From sequence record DRR723986_4977: 45,798 bases of DNA. One strand, given 5' to 3'. Of this stretch, positions 27,404 through 37,504 are shown piece after piece; the first letter of the stretch is position 1, and every line of letters begins with the position of its first letter. The position numbers and the translations under genes are program-made. The notes beneath the pieces were generated by a model. That model saw only the letters and a list, made by a program, of their open reading frames with translations. It ran no database searches and was not told the DNA's origin.

Positions 27404-28663
27404 ATGACAAGCTTGAAATCAGACTTTCTTCATATTCTCACCGAACGAGGCTTTATACATCAGGTTACGGACCTTGAAGGCCTGGACGCCAAAATGGCTG
27501 CTAAGGAAAAAGAAGGCCCTATTTCAGCCTATATCGGCTTTGATTGTACAGCGCCGTCTTTGCATGTGGGAAGCCTGGTACAAATCATGATGCTGCGCTG
27601 GTTGCAAAAGTGTGGTCACAAGCCAATTGCTTTGCTGGGTGGTGGTACGACAAAAATCGGTGATCCGTCTGGCAAAGACGAAAGCCGCAAGATGCTGACT
27701 GATAATGACATTGCCAACAATATGGACGGTATTCGCACCATCTTTAATCAGTTTCTTGATTTTGACGGCTCCAACCCAGCGCTCATGATCAACAACCAAG
27801 AATGGCTTGATAACCTCGAATACATTCCGTTCCTGCGCGAAATAGGCACGCATTTCACCATCAACCGTATGATGACCTTTGACAGTGTTAAACTTCGGCT
27901 AGACCGTGAACAACCGCTGACTTTCCTTGAATTCAATTACATGATCATGCAGGCGTATGATTTTATGGAACTTGGCAAGCGCTATGATTGCTCACTGCAA
28001 ATGGGCGGCTCAGACCAGTGGGGCAATATCGTTAATGGTATGGAACTAGGCAGGCGAGCAGCAGGCTTGTCTCTTTTCGGTCTTACAACACCACTAATTA
28101 CAACCGCAGACGGTAAGAAAATGGGCAAAACCGCTGAAGGCGCTATTTGGCTAAATGAAAATGCCCTGCCCGCCTACGATTACTGGCAATTCTGGCGCAA
28201 CGCGCAGGACGGCGACGTCGGTCGTTTTCTGAGGTTGTTCACTGACCTACCAATGGATGAAGTGAAACGACTTGAAAGCCTTGAAGGCGCTGAAATTAAC
28301 GATGCAAAAATTATTCTTGCCAATGAAGCCACAAAAATGTGCCGCGGCGAAGAAGCAGCTAATGCAGCCAATAAGACGGCGCGGGAAACCTTTATTCAAG
28401 GCGGCGCGGGCTCAGAATTGCCTACCGTAGTTATAGAAGCAGGTAACTTCGAAGGTGGTATGTCTGTGGTTGATCTATTCATTGAGGCCGGGCTCGGTGC
28501 ATCAAAAGGGGAAGTACGACGCCTGATCAAAGGCGGTGGTGCCAAGATCAACGATTTGAAAATAACAAGCTCAGAAGATACTGTTGCCGCAGATGCCTTT
28601 ACTGACGGCCAGATTAAGCTTTCGGCCGGCAAAAAACGCCACGCGCTTATCAAGCAGGGTTGA
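27404..28663 (+). CDS. tyrS: Tyrosine--tRNA ligase
   Basis: [14 protein letters not shown] (HIGH), [16 protein letters not shown]-terminal S4 domain. Confidence 0.98.
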   Translation: MTSLKSDFLHILTERGFIHQVTDLEGLDAKMAAKEKEGPISAYIGFDCTAPSLHVGSLVQIMMLRWLQKCGHKPIALLGGGTTKIGDPSGKDESRKMLTDNDIANNMDGIRTIFNQFLDFDGSNPALMINNQEWLDNLEYIPFLREIGTHFTINRMMTFDSVKLRLDREQPLTFLEFNYMIMQAYDFMELGKRYDCSLQMGGSDQWGNIVNGMELGRRAAGLSLFGLTTPLITTADGKKMGKTAEGAIWLNENALPAYDYWQFWRNAQDGDVGRFLRLFTDLPMDEVKRLESLEGAEINDAKIILANEATKMCRGEEAANAANKTARETFIQGGAGSELPTVVIEAGNFEGGMSVVDLFIEAGLGASKGEVRRLIKGGGAKINDLKITSSEDTVAADAFTDGQIKLSAGKKRHALIKQG

Positions 28664-28716
28664 GGTATAAGAAAATTGCGATAAGCTAAGCCCTTGCCTG
28701 AATAAGGGAGAAGGTT

Positions 28717-29508
28717 ATGCGAACGATTTGTGGTGCAATTTTTCTTTCACTCTCAACACTTGCGGTGGCTCAGGAAGCACCGCGACTTGATGATGTAAAG
28801 CTGGTTGATCTGAGCCATGCATATGATGAAAACACCTTATTTTGGCCTACGTCACCCATAGCCTTTGAGCATAATGAATTATCATATGGCCCGTCTGGCA
28901 ATGGATACTTCTATTCAGCATACACTTTCGCCACACCTGAGCACGGCGGCACACATTTAGACGCGCCCATACATTTCTCTGAAAATGCTAAAACCGTTGA
29001 GCAATTGCCAATCGGTGACTTATATGCCCCGCTCGTGATCCTTGATGTGACTGCGCAAACTGCTGCAAACCGGGACTATCGCCTGTTACCGAGCGATATA
29101 GAAACCTATGAAGCTGTTCACGGCCCAATAAAGCCGGGCGCAGCAATTATTGTGCGCACCGGGTGGTCAAAACATTGGCCTGACGCGAAAGCCTATTTGG
29201 GCGACAACACACCGGGCGACGCGAGCAACCTAAGTTTTCCCGGCTTCGGAGCTGCGGCCGCCAAAATGCTGGTTGACCGCAAGGCTGCAATGATTGGCAT
29301 TGATACCGCTTCTATTGATTACGGCAAATCAAAAGACTTTGCTGTGCATGTGGTGATTGCAGGGGCGAATATTCCCGCACTAGAAAACCTTAATAATCTC
29401 GGTGCGTTACCAGTGGCAGGAGCCTATATTCTTGCTGCTCCTATGAAAATTGGCGGCGGCTCTGGTGCCCCTGCCCGCGTTATTGCTTTCGTTAACAAAT
29501 CTGACTAA
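28717..29508 (+). CDS. Cyclase family (kynurenine formamidase-like) metal hydrolase with signal peptide
   Basis: EHGGTHLDAPIH motif, GIDTASID, ENL, PMKI.GGSGAPAR; signal peptide ..LAVA/QE. Confidence 0.9.
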   Translation: MRTICGAIFLSLSTLAVAQEAPRLDDVKLVDLSHAYDENTLFWPTSPIAFEHNELSYGPSGNGYFYSAYTFATPEHGGTHLDAPIHFSENAKTVEQLPIGDLYAPLVILDVTAQTAANRDYRLLPSDIETYEAVHGPIKPGAAIIVRTGWSKHWPDAKAYLGDNTPGDASNLSFPGFGAAAAKMLVDRKAAMIGIDTASIDYGKSKDFAVHVVIAGANIPALENLNNLGALPVAGAYILAAPMKIGGGSGAPARVIAFVNKSD

Positions 29509-32500
29509 TTATCTATACCACCGGTTGGGTCAAGCGGGTCACCACTTTCATCCTGCGTTTCACGCCCTGCTGGGGCCTCAATGTCGGCTACACGTCCTTT
29601 ACGACCCTCAAAAAGAAGACGCAAAAAACCCGGTGCGAGACCAGACAAAGCATTCACACTAACATCTGGTTTATCTGTGGTGCCTTTTACCCTGTAAGCA
29701 ACACCAAACAAGCCTTTTCCATCGCCGCCAGAAAACAGGCCACCAACCAACGGTATATTACCAAGCAATGAATTCAATCCGTAAGCCGGAACAACAACAC
29801 CGTTCACATTGATCAGGCCGTCACTGGTGGCAATTTCGCCTTCCATTGTAAGGCCAAGCGTCGGACCGTTCGCTTTGATGCCGTTGAACTCAATAATGCG
29901 ACCGTCATAATCAAAGGGCACTTCCAGAACATCCAGTTGCAGTGGTTTACCATCCAGATACTCGTCGAGGCCAGAAACTTCTCCGCGGGTTATGCCTTCA
30001 CCCAATCTAGCTTTGGGCACTAATGTGGCATCCGCAATATTCAATTGCCCGTTCAAGTGCCAATCATCACCCCACCGCTGTGTGCGCGCATCCAGCGTCA
30101 GCGCACCACCAAGCACATGAGAGAAAAAACCTAAACCACGTAGCACTTGGCCACCGTCATTTGTGCGCATAGTGAATGGGCGTGTACCCGCCTCATCAGG
30201 TATATCTTGCACAGCAATTGTGATCGGTGTTTTCGCTGCGCCAACCGTGGCATCCAACCCAAGCATTATCGGTTGACCATCTCTAAATTCCAGTTTTAGG
30301 TCGGCATTGTCCCATTGCACTGTATTTTCCAGCAAAATACGCTCTGCTGTTAAGATCAAATCAAACTCTGAAGATGGTTTTTCAATTTCAGTCAGTAAAC
30401 CATGATCAATGGCAGTTCTAGTTTGAGTATTCGGCCTTAAGAACGGCGACAAATCAAATGTTTCGGCCGCTACAGAAATTTCTAAAGCTTTACCTGCCTC
30501 TTGACTCAGCTTCGCAATCAATTGGTTTTCGCCGACCTGACGTGCTTGAATTTCGGCGTTAAAGATACCGCTGTCTTTTGGGCCGAAGCTAATACTGGCA
30601 ACCAAGTCGATGTCTTCGCCCTCCACCCTTAAAGGTGCTACAGTTGTGGCATCATCAGAGAAAACAATGCCGCCATTTACGGTAGCCGGCGCGCCCACCG
30701 GCTTAACCCAGGCAAGTTGGGGCAATTTTAACCGGGCAGTTGAAGCGTCTGCAGCAAACGACCCGTTTGAAAATTTAAAATTACGCCCTTCAAAAGAAGC
30801 CTCTGCATAGGTTTTGCCGTCTAAAAAGTCTTCAACATCAACGCCAAATGCTTTCAGGTCATCACTGTCCACCTCGCCTCGCACAATAACAAGTGTGGTA
30901 CTTGCTGCTGGGTCATCACGGCCTGCTGCAAAATTTTCTTCCCATCTAAGCGATACAGGCACACCGTTTAGCAGGCCGCCACCGGCTGCGCTAAGATTGT
31001 CTTGATTCACTCTGAGAGACAACTGCGCGTCAGATAATCCTTCGCCGTTTAGCAGATCTCTTACAGATGTGTTAGCGAGTTCAGCTGTAACATCATATGT
31101 CGTACTACCGCGTGGTGGGTTAGCTATGAGCGGACTGCGGACAAGCGCTTTAACTGTTGCCGTGCCATCAAGCCTATCAATATCAAGATTTGCTTTTTCG
31201 GCCACCAAAAGGGGTGGGTTATCAATAAGCTGCATAAGGGTCTTAACTTCACCGCGGGCAAAAATATTGAATTCCCCAACACCAGAATCGCGCACGTGAA
31301 TGTTTCGCAATTTAACGCCGCTTCCGCCAATTGGCATGCCCAACAATTCACCTTCTGAAATGTTAATGGCAAGGCCAGTTCGAGTAAGGACAGCCGAACC
31401 TGATGCCCCCTTTACTGGGGGCATGGTTTGTATAAATTTCGAGTCTAAACCGTCAAAATCGAAGGTGAGCTCATACAAGCTACCATTTTCATAAGCGCCC
31501 AAACCGGACGGTGCCGCATCAACCCTAAAGACGAGATTAGTTGTGTTGCCCTGAAGTAAATGCTGGTCAATCCAAGCACGTGCACCACGCTCTTCTCCGT
31601 CTGGGTGGCGTGCAATGGGCCAGTAGTCCAAAACTTTACGAACCGGCACATCTGTGGTGTTCAATTCCAACTGCATTCCGGGTTGGTCGCTGGTTTGATG
31701 CCAATACAGCAAGCCGTTACCGCCAATACGCGTGCTATTTAATGTTAAGTCCACTTGGTCTAATACCAGTATTTTCTCACGCGCGTTGTACGTTGCGCCA
31801 ATTACTCCGTTGGTAATAGGAGCTGGCCGCGGGAACACATCTGGATCGAATATTTCCCCCTCGCCAAGCACAGCCTCTATTTTCGCCGAACTAAGCCCAG
31901 CAACAGCTTCCAGTTCCATATTGAGGCTCAAATCAATAGGCAGCTGAAAATAACTAAAATATTTGGGTAAGCCGGCCTCTCTTGGAAATGAGGAGGGGTA
32001 AAAATCTTTCACTGACAAAAGAACAGAGAGATCGCCTTTAGTAGGGTTAGCGCGGCCCAACAGTCTTGCATTTACAGGGTTGCCGCCAACTGAGGCTATA
32101 AGTTGAGCGGACAGATCCAAGCTTGGTCCATCTTGCTGTAGCACGAATGTAGGAACAGATAACTGACCATCGGACAAGTCTTTTCCACGGTAGAGACTAA
32201 TATTGAGGCTATCAAATTCGATACGCTGTAATGACGGTGTCGTGGAAAGCAAACGAAGCGTGAACCTGTTAAACGCCTCTGTCAGGGGAACAAAAACCTC
32301 AGGGCGCGGAATTCCACTCTCACCGAAAAGATCTTTAAACAAACTATCGTCTGTTGAGTCGCTAAATCCGCCAAGGTCTGTCACCCTTATGTCTGCGCGG
32401 CCAAATTCAATTGTGGATATACCCAAACCTGACAAAACGCCGTCAAATCCAAGCCCGACCTCTGCGCGCGGCAATCGAGCCGTAAGCCTGTTGCGCCGGT

Positions 32501-32750
32501 CAATAAGATGGATGTCTTCAATGTGCACCCAGGGGCGAACTTCGCTCCAGTCCCAACCCACTTTGGCTGAACGGAATTTAACATTCCAGCCGGGTAAGAG
32601 AGCCTTGGATTGGCTAACTATCTGGTCATGGGCGAATCCCACATCAATCGGTGCTAGAAAAAGCCGACCAAAAAGTATGCATAAAAGCAGCACTGCGGCT
32701 GTAATCAGCCACAAACTGGTGGATACAATCGCGCTACCAAACTTCTTCAA
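29505..32750 (-). CDS. AsmA-like/YhdP-family (DUF3971 + AsmA_2) envelope bridge protein
   Basis: N-terminal TM helix, long beta-rich body (YWP...ARAWI), C-terminal PAYGLNSLLGNIPLVG..GLFGVAY..P.VSVN.LS.LAPGFLR; lies between tyrS and glnE/bcp. Confidence 0.85.
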   Translation of the reverse strand: MKKFGSAIVSTSLWLITAAVLLLCILFGRLFLAPIDVGFAHDQIVSQSKALLPGWNVKFRSAKVGWDWSEVRPWVHIEDIHLIDRRNRLTARLPRAEVGLGFDGVLSGLGISTIEFGRADIRVTDLGGFSDSTDDSLFKDLFGESGIPRPEVFVPLTEAFNRFTLRLLSTTPSLQRIEFDSLNISLYRGKDLSDGQLSVPTFVLQQDGPSLDLSAQLIASVGGNPVNARLLGRANPTKGDLSVLLSVKDFYPSSFPREAGLPKYFSYFQLPIDLSLNMELEAVAGLSSAKIEAVLGEGEIFDPDVFPRPAPITNGVIGATYNAREKILVLDQVDLTLNSTRIGGNGLLYWHQTSDQPGMQLELNTTDVPVRKVLDYWPIARHPDGEERGARAWIDQHLLQGNTTNLVFRVDAAPSGLGAYENGSLYELTFDFDGLDSKFIQTMPPVKGASGSAVLTRTGLAINISEGELLGMPIGGSGVKLRNIHVRDSGVGEFNIFARGEVKTLMQLIDNPPLLVAEKANLDIDRLDGTATVKALVRSPLIANPPRGSTTYDVTAELANTSVRDLLNGEGLSDAQLSLRVNQDNLSAAGGGLLNGVPVSLRWEENFAAGRDDPAASTTLVIVRGEVDSDDLKAFGVDVEDFLDGKTYAEASFEGRNFKFSNGSFAADASTARLKLPQLAWVKPVGAPATVNGGIVFSDDATTVAPLRVEGEDIDLVASISFGPKDSGIFNAEIQARQVGENQLIAKLSQEAGKALEISVAAETFDLSPFLRPNTQTRTAIDHGLLTEIEKPSSEFDLILTAERILLENTVQWDNADLKLEFRDGQPIMLGLDATVGAAKTPITIAVQDIPDEAGTRPFTMRTNDGGQVLRGLGFFSHVLGGALTLDARTQRWGDDWHLNGQLNIADATLVPKARLGEGITRGEVSGLDEYLDGKPLQLDVLEVPFDYDGRIIEFNGIKANGPTLGLTMEGEIATSDGLINVNGVVVPAYGLNSLLGNIPLVGGLFSGGDGKGLFGVAYRVKGTTDKPDVSVNALSGLAPGFLRLLFEGRKGRVADIEAPAGRETQDESGDPLDPTGGIDN

Positions 32751-32903
32751 ACCAAAACACCTTTAGGCAGCCACTGCGCACATACTGCGCACTTTAGCGC
32801 TAGCAGTATGCTAATCAGACAACAAAATGCACTACTTGTTAGAGCATTTCCCCTGCCCGCCGTCTATATGCAAGGCTATTAAAGCCATCAAATACCGTCG
32901 AAA

Positions 32904-35882
32904 TTGAGGCATAAGCTTGATTTCATCATTAAATATGATGAACATAGCCATATCGCTGCGCGCAAGGATGATAGTATTTTGGTTACGCCTTCCCACTCAA
33001 ATCAGATGATATTTGATTCAGAAAAAGCGATGCAGACGCTGGAACATATAAATTTAGGCCAACCAAATGGCGAAAAAGCATCTGCAATATATAAAGCTGC
33101 ACGAATCGCTTTTGGTAACAGCCCTTATCTAGCATCGCTCGCAAAACGATATCCTGTAAAAACAAGAGAAATACTGGAATCAAACCCGGATGATCAGTTC
33201 TCTATGATCATGGTTTCGCTAAAGCAACCGCGAGATTCGGATGAGACAGATGATGCGTTCATGTCTTTCCTGCGCGACACTAAAAATATAGCGGCACTAC
33301 TAATAGCATTGGCTGACATTTCAGGACTTTGGCCGCTTGACAAAGTTACCCAAAACTTAAGCAAACTAGCAACCGTATGCCTGGAACTGGCAATTGCACG
33401 AGCACTCAGAACCCGAATGCAAGTCGGTGACCTGCCTTGGCCTGATGCGGTCAATTCCAAATCACCGATCACATTCGAGGCCAATGCGCACTGCGGTTAC
33501 TTTTTACTCGCGATGGGAAAGCTTGGTGGGCAAGAGCTAAATTACTCATCAGACATCGATCTGATTGCTCTCTACGACCCGGAAAGGGCTGGATATATTG
33601 GCCGTAAATCGGTGTCTGATTGCTTTATTAAACTAACTCAAGAGGTGGTTCGTTATATCGACCAACGAACCATGAATGGATATGTTTTTAGGGTTGATTT
33701 ACGACTTAGGCCCGATCCCGGAGCGACGCCTGTGGCCCTCTCCGTAGATGGTGCCCTTGGCTATTACCATAGTATTGCCGCGAATTGGGAACGCTCAGCC
33801 ATGATAAAAGCAGCCTTTGCAGCCGGTGACCCAGATGCCGCAAACCGATATCTGGATGAAATATCCAGCTGGGTTTGGCGGCGCAATATGGACTTCGAAG
33901 CCTTAAGAGACATCGCCAGCATAAAAAATCAAATTAACCGCCATTATAGTGTTGATGACGCAACATTTCGGGGCTTTGACGTAAAACTAGGCATTGGCGG
34001 CATCCGCGAAATCGAATTTTTCACACAAGTTAATCAACTATTACATGGTGGTCGCAACCCATCACTGCGCACAAAATCGACTATAGCGACCTTGCTCGAA
34101 CTGGTTAAACTTGACTTCATCACCGGTCAAATGTGCACCGACCTGATTGACGCTTACGAGTTTTTACGAACTGTAGAGCACCGCATTCAAATGGCTAATG
34201 ACGAACAAACGCATAAAATTCCGGACGACGATGATGGTGTGGCAAGGCTTACCTATCTTCTTGAATATCAAGACATTATTGATTTTGAAACAGAACTTAA
34301 TCATCACACTAAGAATGTATGCACATACTATGATCAATTGCTTCCGACTGAGGATGATGAAAACAACGCACCTAATGAGCTGCAAATACGACAGTTTCTA
34401 TTAAACTATGGCTTTGAGAACCCTAATGCTGCATTTTTGCTTATACAGTCATGGAGTTTTGGTCGCTATCGAAGTTTAAAGGCCAGCCGCGCCCGAGAAC
34501 TACTGGCGCAATGCTTGCCTGCCCTATTATTGGCTTTCTCGAAAACACACTCGCCAGATGCTGCCTTAACAAGATTTGATGCATTCCTGAGCCAACTGCC
34601 GGCTGGTGTACAACTATTTTCCCTTTTACATTCTAATCCCAGTTTGCTTGGGTTGCTAACCAAGTTAGTTGGGCTGGCACCTGCCCTTTCAGCCATTCTC
34701 GCGAAAGCGCCTTGGTTGTGGGACACCGTCTTAAGCACGCAATTTTTTGCACCCCCCGAAGACGCAGCAACACTCCGACGCCAGTTAAAAACACTTCTTT
34801 CAACAGCCAGAGACTACCAAGACCAGCTCGATTTCCTGCGTAGATTTTATGCGGAGCAAAAATTTCGCACTGGTGTTCTCATGCTTGAGGGGCTCGCCAG
34901 CGCGGCTGAAACAGGGGCCAGCCTGGCCCTGGTTACAGATGTTATCATGCAAGAGCTTATCCCCGTTGTTGAAGATGACTTTGCTCAAAAACATGGCCGC
35001 TTTGGCAAAGATAGTGACGGTATCGCGGTTATAGCACTGGGAAAATATGGTGGTTTTGAGCTTACACACACATCAGATATCGATATAATTTTTCTGTATG
35101 AAGGCACAGAAAATGGCATTCAATCAAATGGAAAAAAACCTTTATTTTCAAATGTATATTACACACGTTTAGCACAGCACATTGTAACAGCGATAACGGC
35201 CCTAACGCCAGAAGGCCGACTATTTGATGTGGATACTCGCTTGCGCCCATCCGGCAGCCAAGGCCCTCTCGCCGTCACTATGAACACATTAGAAGACTAT
35301 TACCTTACGAGCGCTTGGACATGGGAATTTCTTGCCCTTACAAGAGCCCGCATTATTCAAGCGCCTGCGACCATGACACCAGAAATTCAACGCACATTAA
35401 ACACCGCAGTTGTTAATGGACCACCAAATATTGATTTAGCCGCTGAAACCATCTCCATGCGTGAGAAACTTCACAGGAAATTTGGCACAAACAACGTATG
35501 GAATGTTAAACACAGCCGCGGTGGTCTGATTGACATAGAATTTATTTGCCAGTTTCTAACCCTAAGGCATGCAAAAGAAGACCAAGAAATTATCAGACCA
35601 AATACACCTGAGAGCCTGAAAACTCTCCAAAAGGCAGGGTATTTATCGCATGAAGGTTTTAAAACCCTTTTGGCAAGTTATGAACTGCAACAAACGGTAC
35701 AATCATTACTTAGGCTTTGTTTAAACGATACCCCAGAAGACAATCAGGATATTCCACCGGGTTTGCAACAGATTCTGGTGAAAGCAACGTCTGAGAACTC
35801 CTTTGCTGCCTTGAAAGAACGCATTTGCCAGCACCAACAAGCCTGTCACGCTCTATTCAAGTTAATAATAACAAGCGACTAG
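32904..35882 (+). CDS. glnE: Bifunctional glutamine synthetase adenylyltransferase/deadenylase
   Basis: Two nucleotidyltransferase domains: MGKLGGQELNYSSDIDL...FRVDLRLRP and LGKYGGFELTHTSDIDI...DVDTRLRPSG. The true start is probably 32979 (TTG) or 33006 (ATG). Confidence 0.95.
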   Translation: MRHKLDFIIKYDEHSHIAARKDDSILVTPSHSNQMIFDSEKAMQTLEHINLGQPNGEKASAIYKAARIAFGNSPYLASLAKRYPVKTREILESNPDDQFSMIMVSLKQPRDSDETDDAFMSFLRDTKNIAALLIALADISGLWPLDKVTQNLSKLATVCLELAIARALRTRMQVGDLPWPDAVNSKSPITFEANAHCGYFLLAMGKLGGQELNYSSDIDLIALYDPERAGYIGRKSVSDCFIKLTQEVVRYIDQRTMNGYVFRVDLRLRPDPGATPVALSVDGALGYYHSIAANWERSAMIKAAFAAGDPDAANRYLDEISSWVWRRNMDFEALRDIASIKNQINRHYSVDDATFRGFDVKLGIGGIREIEFFTQVNQLLHGGRNPSLRTKSTIATLLELVKLDFITGQMCTDLIDAYEFLRTVEHRIQMANDEQTHKIPDDDDGVARLTYLLEYQDIIDFETELNHHTKNVCTYYDQLLPTEDDENNAPNELQIRQFLLNYGFENPNAAFLLIQSWSFGRYRSLKASRARELLAQCLPALLLAFSKTHSPDAALTRFDAFLSQLPAGVQLFSLLHSNPSLLGLLTKLVGLAPALSAILAKAPWLWDTVLSTQFFAPPEDAATLRRQLKTLLSTARDYQDQLDFLRRFYAEQKFRTGVLMLEGLASAAETGASLALVTDVIMQELIPVVEDDFAQKHGRFGKDSDGIAVIALGKYGGFELTHTSDIDIIFLYEGTENGIQSNGKKPLFSNVYYTRLAQHIVTAITALTPEGRLFDVDTRLRPSGSQGPLAVTMNTLEDYYLTSAWTWEFLALTRARIIQAPATMTPEIQRTLNTAVVNGPPNIDLAAETISMREKLHRKFGTNNVWNVKHSRGGLIDIEFICQFLTLRHAKEDQEIIRPNTPESLKTLQKAGYLSHEGFKTLLASYELQQTVQSLLRLCLNDTPEDNQDIPPGLQQILVKATSENSFAALKERICQHQQACHALFKLIITSD

Positions 35883-35919
35883 CCCGTATTACGAAATTAA
35901 TATATGCGGCCATAAAATT

Positions 35920-35977
35920 TTGCCCCTCAACTTTTAACTTTGTATATATCATTACCGGCGATACTCTCGCTCGCCGG
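35920..35977 (+). promoter_or_regulatory. Putative bcp promoter and 5' stem-loop
   Basis: TTGCCC (35920-25), 17 nt, TATATA (35943-48), immediately followed by CCGGCGA (35955-61)/TCGCCGG (35971-77). Confidence 0.45.
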
Positions 35978-36025
35978 AAACAGCACACAAAAACTAGCTA
36001 ACGCTCAAATTAAGGACACTAAAGA

Positions 36026-36490
36026 ATGGCACTCGCAATTGGATCAAAAGCACCCGCATTTACTCTGCCTGGTAACGACAATACATCTATTTCCTTGAGT
36101 GATTTTGCAGGCAAAAATGTCGTCGTTTATTTTTACCCCAAAGATGACACCCCGGGTTGCACCACAGAAGCCAAAGACTTTACTGCACTTAAAGACAAGT
36201 TCGCTGAGGCCAACACAGTTGTTATCGGCATGTCAAAAGACACAGCAGCCAAGCATGATAAATTTATTGCAAAACATGATCTTTCCGTTCTGCTCGCTTC
36301 AGACGAAGACGGTAGCGCACTGGAAGCTTATGGCGTTTGGGTAGAGAAAAACATGTATGGCCGGAAATATATGGGCATCCAGCGGGCTACTTTTCTGATC
36401 GACACAACTGGCACTATTCAGGAGATATGGCCCAAGGTAAAAGTGAAGGGCCATGCAGAAGCCGTATTGGAACGCGCTAAAAGCCTATAA
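36026..36490 (+). CDS. bcp: Peroxiredoxin BCP/PrxQ (1-Cys)
   Basis: YFYPKDDTPGCTTEA, YGVWVEKNMYG, R.TFLID. Confidence 0.95.
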   Translation: MALAIGSKAPAFTLPGNDNTSISLSDFAGKNVVVYFYPKDDTPGCTTEAKDFTALKDKFAEANTVVIGMSKDTAAKHDKFIAKHDLSVLLASDEDGSALEAYGVWVEKNMYGRKYMGIQRATFLIDTTGTIQEIWPKVKVKGHAEAVLERAKSL

Positions 36491-36517
36491 TATAAACCTT
36501 TTAGCTTGGAAAGTTGA

Positions 36518-37342
36518 ATGCAGCAGACATGGGATAACATCGGCGCTGCAGCCTGCGCAGTACTGAACACAGAAAAGGCAACCGAAAAAGCCCAAACGGC
36601 GCGCGCAGTGGCGACAAAGTGGCGTGCCGGAAACCTTGCATTTTCTTTCACAGCAAAACCGCCGAAACGACCAGCAAGACCAAATGCACCACGCCTGTTA
36701 CCGCCTAATGAAATGCCAAGGCGGCGCAAAGCTGGCAATGACAGCAATCGGCGGGCGCTGTTGCATGCGGTCGCGCACATTGAGCTGAATGCCATAGACC
36801 TGGCATTTGATGTTATTGCCAGATTCGCCGATCAAATGCCGCGAAGCTTTACTGACGACTGGATTAATGTCGGTGACGATGAAGCGCGCCACTTCACAAT
36901 GATTAACGACCGACTACTTACGCTTGACAGTTATTACGGGGCCTTGCCAGCCCATGATGGCCTATGGCAATCATCTATGGCAACTGCAGAAAACCTGCCT
37001 GCTCGTTTGGCTGTTGTACCCATGGTGCTCGAAGCCAGGGGCCTGGATGTAACACCCTCCATGATCAAGCAATTTGTGAATGTCGGCGACAAAGTATCGG
37101 CGGACGTTCTGCAAACAATTTATGACGATGAAATTGGACATGTCCGGGTTGGTGCCAGTTGGTTCAAATATTTAGCAGAAAAGCATCAAAAAGATGCCGA
37201 AATTTGGTTTCAACAATTGGTTACGAAATATTTTCACGGTCATCTAAAACCACCCTTCAATGAGGAAGCCCGCGAACAAGCTGATTTACCAAGTGAGTTC
37301 TATAAACCACTTTCAATGAAAAATAAGACAGCTAAAGCCTGA
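36518..37342 (+). CDS. Ferritin-like DUF455 family protein
   Basis: LLHAVAHIELNAIDLA, DEARHF, PAHDGLW, LEARGLD, DEIGHV. Confidence 0.92.
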   Translation: MQQTWDNIGAAACAVLNTEKATEKAQTARAVATKWRAGNLAFSFTAKPPKRPARPNAPRLLPPNEMPRRRKAGNDSNRRALLHAVAHIELNAIDLAFDVIARFADQMPRSFTDDWINVGDDEARHFTMINDRLLTLDSYYGALPAHDGLWQSSMATAENLPARLAVVPMVLEARGLDVTPSMIKQFVNVGDKVSADVLQTIYDDEIGHVRVGASWFKYLAEKHQKDAEIWFQQLVTKYFHGHLKPPFNEEAREQADLPSEFYKPLSMKNKTAKA

Positions 37343-37504
37343 GACTAAGCCAATTACATGCTTGACCTTTAGGTAAAAAATGAGTGGAATGCCGCAAATT
37401 TTAATCGATTATTCGTAATTTAATCTTAGATTGCGATAGAAATGCTAGAAGCCTTTGATATGAAGGTTTTTTATTGCCAGGCTTCAGATGGCAAAGGGTG
37501 TGTT

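Noticed and set aside
32828..32846. NtrC-like site (TGCAC...GAGCA) upstream of glnE
   Set aside because: The half-site spacing is GCAC-N9 rather than N7, and I found no sigma54 -24/-12 (TGGCAC-N5-TTGC) element.
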